A stretch of DNA of 46,680 bases from an uncultured bacterium (lineage in GTDB: Bacteria > Joyebacterota > Joyebacteria > Joyebacterales > Joyebacteraceae). A program made the position numbers and the translations under genes. The notes under the pieces were generated by a model, which worked only from the letters and a program-made list of their open reading frames with translations, had not been told where the DNA came from and searched no databases. Location: positions 1-46,680 of the forward strand of contig CAZRAD010000003.1 of assembly GCA_964597945.1 (NCBI GenBank), written 5' to 3'. Shown here piece by piece: positions 35,202 to 42,484 of the stretch. How positions within the stretch are numbered: position 1 is the stretch's first letter; each line of letters opens with the position of its first letter.

Positions 35202-35280
35202 TGCAGTCTCCTGTAGTTGGTTCCCTTAACATAAAGTCCGCCCGTGCTCCATATGAAAGGCAGCCTTTAGCATGTCCGGA

Positions 35281-35637
35281 CTAGCCGGCCTCTGGCTCAT
35301 CGATCTCCAGCTCGCGGATGTCGAGCTCCATGCCGGACTCGATGACGATGTTCGTTGATCCGCACGACGGGCACCCAAGCGCCATCTCCTCGTACGTGAA
35401 CGACTTCCCGCAGTCGCGGCATCTGCCCGCGATCGGGATGGTGTTGATATCAAGCTCCACGCCCTTGTACGGCCCCCTGTCGGTCAGGATCGCGAACGCG
35501 TCGGTGAGCAGTATCGGCTCGATCGTCGCGCCCTTGCCGATGTCGAGCCGGATCGTCTTGAGCTTCGCCCCGGGATGCTCGCGCATCGTTCGCTCGACGA
35601 TATCGAGCATGCTCTGGCAGACGGAGAGTTCGTGCAC
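35281..35637 (-). CDS. hypA: Hydrogenase nickel-incorporation protein HypA
   Basis: 118 aa, beginning MHELSVCQSMLD, with the zinc motif CRDCG...CPSCG. Confidence 0.92.
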   Translation of the reverse strand: MHELSVCQSMLDIVERTMREHPGAKLKTIRLDIGKGATIEPILLTDAFAILTDRGPYKGVELDINTIPIAGRCRDCGKSFTYEEMALGCPSCGSTNIVIESGMELDIRELEIDEPEAG

Positions 35638-35652
35638 GTGTGTCCTCGGTGG

Positions 35653-36675
35653 TTAGCAGATGCGTGGGAGCTGGACGCCCTCGAGCATGAGTATCGGTCG
35701 CAGCCCGCCGACCGACGTTCTCAACCGGACGCCCGGGTCGCCGCCCACCTCGCCGATGACGGCGGCGTCGCGTCCGAGCGGGTTCGCTCTGAGCGCTGCG
35801 AGGACGGCGTCCGCCGACTCCGCCGGCGTGACAACGATGGCCTTGCCCTCGTTGGCCATGTAGAGCGGGTCGAATCCGAGGATGTCGCAGACGGAACGGA
35901 CCTCGCGACACATCGGAATGTCGTCCTCACGAATGGTGATGCCGACGCCCGCGCGCGACGCGATCTCGTTGAGCGTCGTCCCGAGCCCGCCCCGGGTCGG
36001 ATCCCGGAGCACGTGGACATCGGCGTACGCATCGAGCACGTCGCGGACGAGTCCGCCGAGACACGCGCAGTCGCTCTCGATCGGCGTGTCGAGCTTGAGT
36101 TCCTCGCGAGCGACCAGAATGGATGTCTCGTGGTCGCCGATGGTCCCGGAGATGATAACGACATCGCCGTCGGCAGCACGCGCGCCGGAGATGTTCACAC
36201 CGTCGGGGATGAACCCGATGCCCGCGGTGTTCACGATCATCCCGCCGACCGCGCCACGCTCGACGACCTTCGTGTCGCCGGCCGCGATCTCCACGCCGGC
36301 GCCCTTCGCTGTCGCCGCGATCGAGTCGAGCACGCGCTCGAGTTCGGGCATCTCCACGCCCTCCTCGAGCACGAGGCCGAGCGTGAGATAGAGCGGTGTC
36401 GCTCCCTTCATCGCGAGATCGTTGACCGTCCCCGCGACGGCGAGCGTGCCGATGTCGCCGCCCGGGAAGAACAGGGGCTGAACAACAAATGAATCGGTCG
36501 TGAACGCAAGACGTCCGCCTTCGATGGCGTGTCCGCCAAGGTCGGCGATCTCCGCGGCGTCGTCGAGCGCATCGAGCGCCGGATTGCCGAGCCTGCCGAC
36601 GATCAGGTCCCCGATGAGTTCGTGCATCAGCGTGCCGCCGCTGCCATGCGCCAGGCGGATCTTCTTCTCGCTCAC
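35653..36675 (-). CDS. hypE: Hydrogenase maturation protein HypE
   Basis: 340 aa with a PurM-like fold pattern and the characteristic PRIC C-terminus. Confidence 0.93.
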   Translation of the reverse strand: MSEKKIRLAHGSGGTLMHELIGDLIVGRLGNPALDALDDAAEIADLGGHAIEGGRLAFTTDSFVVQPLFFPGGDIGTLAVAGTVNDLAMKGATPLYLTLGLVLEEGVEMPELERVLDSIAATAKGAGVEIAAGDTKVVERGAVGGMIVNTAGIGFIPDGVNISGARAADGDVVIISGTIGDHETSILVAREELKLDTPIESDCACLGGLVRDVLDAYADVHVLRDPTRGGLGTTLNEIASRAGVGITIREDDIPMCREVRSVCDILGFDPLYMANEGKAIVVTPAESADAVLAALRANPLGRDAAVIGEVGGDPGVRLRTSVGGLRPILMLEGVQLPRIC

Positions 36676-37838
36676 TCGGCCTCCGTGCCGTCAGGACCTT
36701 CGGACCGCCAGCTCTGCTCATACTTGTAGAACGCCGCGCACGAACCCTCGGTCGAGACCATGCACGGCCCGACCGGTGACCGCGGCGTGCACGCCGCTCC
36801 GAAGTGCGGGCAGTCGGGCGGGAGGTTCCGGCCCAACATGATCTCCCCGCAGATGCACCCGCGCTCGCCTTCGGGCTCGGGCACGTCGATCTTGAGTCGC
36901 TTCGTCGCGTCGAACATCTCGTACTTCTTCGAGAGCGTCTGTCCCGTTGCCGGAACGACACCGATCCCGCGCCACTCCGCGTCGTAGACCGCGAAAACGT
37001 CGTCCATGAGCCCCTGCGCGGTGGTGTTGCCCTCGGGCGTCACGGCGCGCGAGTACTGAACCGCAACACCGGCGCTCCCGGTCGCTTCGCGGATCGCGAC
37101 GATCTGCTCGAGCAGCATCACGATACCCGCGAGGATATCGAGCGGCTCGAACCCCGTCACGACGCACGGGATATTCCGGTCGCGGGCGACCGGCAGGTAT
37201 GCGTCGGACCCGATGATGACGCTCACGTGTCCCGGGCAGATGAACCCGTCGAGCGGACGACCGGGCACGGCCGCGAGCATGTCGAGCGCTGCCGGCACGG
37301 TCTTGAAGAACGGCAGCACCGTGAAGTTCGAGATCCCTTCGCGCGCGGCCGCGACGAGAGTCGCGGCGATGATCGGCGAAGTGGTCTCGAATCCCACACC
37401 CAGAAACACGACGAGCTTCTTCGGGTTCCTGCGCGCCGTCTCGAGCGCGTCCATCGGACTGTAGACGATGCGCACATCGGCGCCGTCGGCGCGGACCGAT
37501 TCGAGCGAGCGGTGCGAGCCGGGAACACGCATCATGTCACCGAATGTCGCGACGATCACGTCGGGCACCGTCGCTGCGGCGATGGAGCGATCGATCTCGA
37601 TGAGCGGGGTCACGCAGACCGGACACCCGGGACCGGACAGAAGCCGCAGTCCCGGCGGGAGCATCGTACGCAGACCGTACCGCGAGATGGCAACGGTGTG
37701 CGTGCCACAGACCTCCATCAGAGCGATGGGGTTCTCTGGTGTGCCACCGGCGCGCTTGAGGAGCGACGTGATCCGTCCGACGAGCGCGTTCGCCGCCGGC
37801 TCGGAGCGGAAGGCTGCGAAATCGATACCGCCGGTCAT
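36672..37838 (-). CDS. hypD: Hydrogenase maturation protein HypD
   Basis: 388 aa with CGTHT, GPGCPVCV and CPGHVS motifs. ATGA overlaps occur at both ends. Confidence 0.93.
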   Translation of the reverse strand: MTGGIDFAAFRSEPAANALVGRITSLLKRAGGTPENPIALMEVCGTHTVAISRYGLRTMLPPGLRLLSGPGCPVCVTPLIEIDRSIAAATVPDVIVATFGDMMRVPGSHRSLESVRADGADVRIVYSPMDALETARRNPKKLVVFLGVGFETTSPIIAATLVAAAREGISNFTVLPFFKTVPAALDMLAAVPGRPLDGFICPGHVSVIIGSDAYLPVARDRNIPCVVTGFEPLDILAGIVMLLEQIVAIREATGSAGVAVQYSRAVTPEGNTTAQGLMDDVFAVYDAEWRGIGVVPATGQTLSKKYEMFDATKRLKIDVPEPEGERGCICGEIMLGRNLPPDCPHFGAACTPRSPVGPCMVSTEGSCAAFYKYEQSWRSEGPDGTEAE

Positions 37839-38119
37839 GAAGACTCCCCGTCGGCTGGATCGTCGCGCTCGGCCGAGTCGTCGGAACGACGGCCGTCCTT
37901 CTCGAGCGCTTCGGCAAGCTCGCCGAAGAGCTTGAGCGTCTCCTGCGCCTCGGCCTCGTCGAGCTTCTGGATGGCGAACCCGGCATGGACAAGAACGTAG
38001 TCGCCGGGCTCGACATCAGGCACGAGCGTCAGATCGGCCTCGCGGCCGATGCCGTTGAAGTCGACCCTCCCCTTTGTCCCCTCCACCTCGAGTATCCTGC
38101 CCGGTACTGCCAGACACAT
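37835..38119 (-). CDS. hypC: Hydrogenase maturation chaperone HypC, with an acidic C-terminal extension
   Basis: I place the start at the ATG at 38119, giving the obligatory MCLAVPG N-terminus. GAGGAGGA lies 7 nt upstream. The ORF-track GTG at 38140 would bury Cys2. Confidence 0.9.
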   Translation of the reverse strand: MCLAVPGRILEVEGTKGRVDFNGIGREADLTLVPDVEPGDYVLVHAGFAIQKLDEAEAQETLKLFGELAEALEKDGRRSDDSAERDDPADGESS

Positions 38120-38148
38120 GGGCACATCCTCCTCACTCACGCCGTAGG

Positions 38149-38508
38149 CTACGCGCCTCGCTGATCGAGCAATCCGGACATCTCAAGCAAACGCTGAGAC
38201 CACTCGCCGGCCTCATCGGCCATCGACGACCGGCGCTCACTGTCATCCCAGACGCTCTGCCACTGGTCGTGCCACTGCACGAGCCGTCTCTGCAGCGCCG
38301 CGAGATCCGGGAGCTCCGATGTCTCAACGTCGCGCGCGGTCCACTCAATGAAGAGGGCGCTCTCGCGAACGAGGCGGGAGACAACATCGCCGTGATCTGA
38401 ACGATCAGCGTACGAGCGGATGCGAAGCAGGTTCGCGGCCAATCCACCGAGCCTGGTTCCCACATCGTCGCGCATATAGCGCGCTCGAATGTCCGCCCAA
38501 CTGCTCAT
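38149..38508 (-). CDS. Hypothetical 119-aa acidic, Trp-rich helical protein inside the hyp operon
   Basis: The sequence is MSSWADIRARYMRDDVGTRLGGLAANLLRIRSYADRSDHGDVVSRLVRESALFIEWTARD...WHDQWQSVWDD...EWSQRLLEMSGLLDQRGA. Its composition is non-shadow, its ATG is coupled (TGATG) to the upstream small ORF, and its stop lies 30 nt before hypC. I recognise no family. Confidence 0.6.
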   Translation of the reverse strand: MSSWADIRARYMRDDVGTRLGGLAANLLRIRSYADRSDHGDVVSRLVRESALFIEWTARDVETSELPDLAALQRRLVQWHDQWQSVWDDSERRSSMADEAGEWSQRLLEMSGLLDQRGA

Positions 38509-38669
38509 CACTCTCCCAGGAGTGCGCTCGCGCAGTCAGCGTGCATGGCACCGCCCCCGGCAAGCACACCTCTCTCAACATCCACTGCCAGCTTGATGTA
38601 GTTCTCAAGCTCCTCAAGCATCTCGGCCAGCTGTGCTGCAGCGGCCTTCTCTCGAATGATGTGGATCAC
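38508..38669 (-). CDS. Small 53-aa ORF resembling the N-terminal half of DUF5674-type proteins
   Basis: It is not in the ORF track. The GTG at 38669 is preceded by GGGGAGAAGCGC. Translation: (M)IHIIREKAAAAQLAEMLEELENYIKLAVDVERGVLAGGGAMHADCASALLGE. The stop TGA at 38510-38508 shares one nt with the next ATG. The family resemblance is from memory only. Confidence 0.45.
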   Translation of the reverse strand: MIHIIREKAAAAQLAEMLEELENYIKLAVDVERGVLAGGGAMHADCASALLGE

Positions 38670-38712
38670 GCGCTTCTCCCCAAGGGGCCCAAAGGGGAAC
38701 CTCTCACAACTT

Positions 38713-41301
38713 CTATTCTACCCCGCGCCGGTGCCGCTCGCCACCCACGACCGCCTGCCCGAGCGAGACGCCCCCGTCATTCGTGGGGACCTCACGGTTG
38801 AGAAGCACCCGGAATCCGCCCCGCTCGAGGAGTTCGACCAGAGAGGCCAGCAGGTAGCGGTTCTGGAAGACCCCGCCGGAGAGGGCGACGGTCTTGATGC
38901 CCGAGACCTGCGAGATCCAGCGAGCCGCCTCGAACGAGAATCGGGCGACCGTGTTGTGGAACGCCTCGGCGATGACGGCGCGGTCGGTTCCGGAAGCGAC
39001 GTCGGCCAGCACCGCCAGAACGGCGGGTCCGGCATCGACGATGAACCCGCGTTCGCGTCCGTCCGCATCGCGACCGGGATCGAGTGAGAACGGATAGTAC
39101 GGACCGCCGTTCACCCGTGCGGTCGACCGGTCAATGAGCGACTCGAGCTCGATCGCGGCCTGGGCCTCATAGCTGATCTCGGTGCAAACACCCAACAGCG
39201 CCGAGACCGCGTCGAAGAGCCGACCCGCGCTCGAGGTGTCGATGCAGTTGACGCGCTTCTCGATCTGCTGCGCGACCAGGTCGATCTCGCCGGCGTCCAC
39301 AAGCGGAAAGAGCCGTCTCCCCCAGTCCGCCGGACCGGACTCGCCCGCCGCGTGGAGATGCGAGAGCGCGACGCGGTACGGGTGGCGGACCGCCGCGTCT
39401 CCTCCCGGAAGCGGAACATACGCGAGATGACCGGCGCGTTCGAAATCACCCCGGTCGGCGAGCATGAACTCACAGCCCCAGATCGCACCGTCGGTCCCGT
39501 ATCCGGTCCCGTCGAGCGCAAGTCCGATCACCGGCGAGTGAACACCGTTCTCCGCCATGACCGACGCGATGTGCGCGTGGTGATGCTGGACGCCGACGAG
39601 CGGGGTACCGTGCTCGGCGGCGTAGCGGCGCGCGAACCGTGTCGCGAGATAGTCGGGGTGAAGGTCGTGCGCGACGACGCCCGGTGTCAGGCGGAACCAG
39701 CGGAGGAAGCGCTCGAGCATCTCCTCATAGAAATCGAGCGTCGCCTGGTTCTCCATGTCGCCGATGTGCTGACTGACGTACGCGCGGCTCCCGTCGAGCA
39801 GCGTGAACGCATTCTTGAGCTCGGTGCCCGCCGCGAGAACGGTCGGGCTACTCGTCGTGCGCCCGCCGCCACCACCAGCGGTGCCGCCACCACCAGCGGT
39901 GCCGACACCACCAGCCCCGTCGCCACCCCCGGCCGTATCCCCCACATCGGCGGCGTCGCCTGCGAGCTCGGGTTCAGGAAGGTCGATCGGGTACGGCGCG
40001 TAACCGCGCGACCGCCTGCTCATCAGCGGTCTGCCGACCTCGACGTAGACGATCGAGTCGTCGTTGCGGTTGACGATATCACGGTCGTGTGTCAGGAACG
40101 TGCGCGTGATCCCGCCGAGCCGTTCGAGCGCCGTCTCGACGTCCGCGATGATCGGCTCGCCCGAGACGTTGGCGCTCGTCATCACGAGCACCTCGAGATC
40201 GTCATCGAAGAGCAGGTGATGAACCGGTGCGTACGGAAGCATCACGCCAAGGTAGCTGTTGTTCGGCGCGACATTCGAGGCCAGCGCGCGGGTCGCGTCC
40301 TTCCGCCGCCTGAGGAGCACGATCGGGCTCCATGGACTCGCCAACGCCTGCTCCTCGATCGGATCGAGATGCACGAGCTGGCGCGCCACATCGAGCGACC
40401 GGCACATGATGGCGAACGGCTTCGCCGGGCGGTTCTTCTTCTCGCGAAGCGCGCGGACGGTCGACCCGACGGAAGCGCTCGCCGCGATGTGGAACCCTCC
40501 GAGCCCGCGGACGCCGACGATGGCGCCGTGCCTGAGGAGCCACCGCGTGCGCGCTGCCTCGTCCGAAGCTGCCACATCCTCGGGCATCCTCAGATAGCTC
40601 CGGCCGAGCAGAAGCTCGCTTGCCTCCGATGACGCGTCGCGCGGTGCGACCAGTTCGAGCGACGGGCCACATACCGGACACGCGTTCGGCTGCGCGTGAA
40701 ACCGACGGTCAAGCGGGTCCACGTACTCTCGCAGACAGTCGGGACACATCGGGAACGACTTCATCGAGGTCTTCGGGCGGTCGTACGGCGTCTCCTCTAT
40801 GATAGAGAAGCGCGGCCCGCAGTTCGTACAGTTGATGAACGGGTAGTGATGCCGACGGTCGCTCTCGTCGAGGAACTCGCGATGGCAGTCCGGGCAGACG
40901 GCGACATCGGGACAGATGAGCGTCATCTCGTCGCGGTCGGCCTCGCTCGCGCGGATCTCGAAACCCGCGAACCCCTGGACCTCGAGTTCGTCCCGTTCGA
41001 TGGAGTCGATGCGCGCAAGCGGAGGCGCCTGCTCGTCGAGCGCCCGCTCAAACGCGCGGAGCCGGTCAAGCGTGCCCTCGCACTCAATGATGACGCCGCG
41101 GCTCGAGTTGACGACCCAGCCGTCGAGTCCGATCTCGTGCGCGATCCGGTAGACGAACGGCCGGAACCCGACGCCCTGGACCACGCCGCGCACGGTGAAT
41201 CGCGCCGCGTGCCGCCCCGGCTCCGAGACTGGACCGTTCCTCTCTGATGACGATCTCGCCATCAATGCTCCCCGCTGGAGTGATATCGGCAGAACGACCA
41301 T
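38713..41301 (-). CDS. hypF: Carbamoyltransferase HypF
   Basis: It has an acylphosphatase module (FTVRGVVQGVGFRPFVY), two zinc-finger pairs (CPDCHREF..NCTNCGPRF; CPDCLREY..CPVCGP), and YrdC-like and Kae1-like domains. The start is ambiguous: the ATG at 41301 has GGAGGGGGG upstream and the ATG at 41262 has GGGGAG upstream. The ORF-track start at 41328 is less likely. Confidence 0.9.
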   Translation of the reverse strand: MVVLPISLQRGALMARSSSERNGPVSEPGRHAARFTVRGVVQGVGFRPFVYRIAHEIGLDGWVVNSSRGVIIECEGTLDRLRAFERALDEQAPPLARIDSIERDELEVQGFAGFEIRASEADRDEMTLICPDVAVCPDCHREFLDESDRRHHYPFINCTNCGPRFSIIEETPYDRPKTSMKSFPMCPDCLREYVDPLDRRFHAQPNACPVCGPSLELVAPRDASSEASELLLGRSYLRMPEDVAASDEAARTRWLLRHGAIVGVRGLGGFHIAASASVGSTVRALREKKNRPAKPFAIMCRSLDVARQLVHLDPIEEQALASPWSPIVLLRRRKDATRALASNVAPNNSYLGVMLPYAPVHHLLFDDDLEVLVMTSANVSGEPIIADVETALERLGGITRTFLTHDRDIVNRNDDSIVYVEVGRPLMSRRSRGYAPYPIDLPEPELAGDAADVGDTAGGGDGAGGVGTAGGGGTAGGGGGRTTSSPTVLAAGTELKNAFTLLDGSRAYVSQHIGDMENQATLDFYEEMLERFLRWFRLTPGVVAHDLHPDYLATRFARRYAAEHGTPLVGVQHHHAHIASVMAENGVHSPVIGLALDGTGYGTDGAIWGCEFMLADRGDFERAGHLAYVPLPGGDAAVRHPYRVALSHLHAAGESGPADWGRRLFPLVDAGEIDLVAQQIEKRVNCIDTSSAGRLFDAVSALLGVCTEISYEAQAAIELESLIDRSTARVNGGPYYPFSLDPGRDADGRERGFIVDAGPAVLAVLADVASGTDRAVIAEAFHNTVARFSFEAARWISQVSGIKTVALSGGVFQNRYLLASLVELLERGGFRVLLNREVPTNDGGVSLGQAVVGGERHRRGVE
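39865..39918 (-). repeat. 18-bp in-frame tandem repeat inside hypF (two perfect copies plus one degenerate)
   Basis: The plus-strand unit gccgccaccaccagcggt occurs at 39865-39882 and 39883-39900. A degenerate copy follows at 39901-39918. The region encodes a Gly/Ala/Thr-rich insertion, ...GTAGGGGTAGGGGG... Confidence 0.85.
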
Positions 41302-41423
41302 ACTACCCCCCTCCAGACGACCGGGCAACCCACGCGGGTGAACCTGCTCGATGTGTGGCGCAACCTGCCCTGCGGGTGTATACTGCCAGCCTGAAGCTCG
41401 AACACGCTAACAGGAGAAGCAGC

Positions 41424-41876
41424 TTGCAGTTCCCCGATGAACTCACACGAGCCGCGGCGTTCCATACGCATCTCGGCCCGTTCCTCGTCGTCGGTCTTCG
41501 CATGGGACGCATCGTGGTCCGCGAGTTCGGCGATGAGCCGTTCCGAACGAGGATCGACGTGCACACCGGGCGCATCCCGCCCTACTCGTGCCTCTCGGAC
41601 GGCATACAGATGTCGACGCCGTGCACGACCGGCAACGGCTGCATGTCCGTGACCGACGAGCGCGCCATGCGTATCGACGCACGGCAGGACGACCGGACGC
41701 TGTCGGTTGCGCTCCGGCGCGAGGTCTTTGACTGGATCGAGAACGAGTGCGGTGAGGACGACCAGCACGCGTTCTCGCTAGAGATCTGGGAGATGCCCGA
41801 CGAGAGGCTGTTCGATATCTCGATGTCGAACGGAGCAGCGCGCCCGTCGAGCTCCAACGCGGGAGGCGACCGATGA
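41424..41876 (+). CDS. FmdE/FwdE-domain protein
   Basis: I place the start at the in-frame TTG at 41424, with AGGAGA 6 nt upstream. The sequence (M)QFPDELTRAAAFHTHLGPFLVVGLRMG...YSCLSDGIQMSTPCTTGNGC matches the FHGH..P.. and SC..DGiQ..tGCT.G signature of the FmdE family as I recall it. The ORF-track start at 41247 would overlap hypF. Confidence 0.65.
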   Translation: MQFPDELTRAAAFHTHLGPFLVVGLRMGRIVVREFGDEPFRTRIDVHTGRIPPYSCLSDGIQMSTPCTTGNGCMSVTDERAMRIDARQDDRTLSVALRREVFDWIENECGEDDQHAFSLEIWEMPDERLFDISMSNGAARPSSSNAGGDR

Positions 41877-42436
41877 GCGGACGCCGAATGACCACGGGGA
41901 TGATCACGGGGACCGCGCTTCTGCTCGCACTCGGTGTCGTGCTGCCGATCGTCTTCCATATGATACCGCTCGGCGGGAGGATCTTCTCACCGATGCACAT
42001 CCCGGCGTTTCTCGCCGGACTGCTGCTCGGACCGGTCAGTGGTCTCATCGTCGGACTCGGGTCACCGGTGCTCTCGGGTCTTCTGACGGGACGCCCGACG
42101 TTCTTCTACATGATTCCGATGCTCTTCGAACTCGGGACCTACGGTCTCGTCGCGGGGCTCCTGCGGCCGTGGCTCGCGAGGATGATGCAGCCTGCCGGAG
42201 CAAAGGCGATCGGATACGCACCGACGCTTCTTGCGCTCATAGGCGCGATGGTCATCGGACGCGCCGTCTGGTTCGTCGTCGTGGTCTGGCTCGCACCGCT
42301 GCTGGGGATCAACGCACGCACGACAGCGCTCGCACTCGGCGCGCTGGGCGCGGGCTGGATCGGCATGGCCATCCACATCACGGTGCTCCCCGCGCTCGTT
42401 CGCGTTATCGAACGCTCACGACGGAGCGATCGGTGA
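41873..42436 (+). CDS. ECF-transporter S-component-like membrane protein (orphan; no EcfA/T nearby)
   Basis: 187 aa with ~5-6 hydrophobic helices and SPMHIPAFLAGLLLGPVSGLIVGLGSPVLSGLLTG...MLFELGTYGLVAGLL. It overlaps the FmdE-like gene by ATGA. Confidence 0.6.
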   Translation: MSGRRMTTGMITGTALLLALGVVLPIVFHMIPLGGRIFSPMHIPAFLAGLLLGPVSGLIVGLGSPVLSGLLTGRPTFFYMIPMLFELGTYGLVAGLLRPWLARMMQPAGAKAIGYAPTLLALIGAMVIGRAVWFVVVVWLAPLLGINARTTALALGALGAGWIGMAIHITVLPALVRVIERSRRSDR

Positions 42437-42484
42437 TGTGCTAGCATCAACGTGAACACGCCATCTCACACCAAGGGGGACGCC

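Noticed and set aside
38405-38617. 70-aa minus-strand ORF overlapping the hypF-hypC spacer, and the idea that the 53-aa and 119-aa ORFs are one frameshifted DUF5674 gene
   Set aside because: The 70-aa frame has an odd composition, no RBS, and overlaps both better candidates. Neither alternative frame after ...ALLGE continues with the GS.Q..WG.N..P sequence I would expect for DUF5674, so a simple frameshift does not restore a full-length protein.
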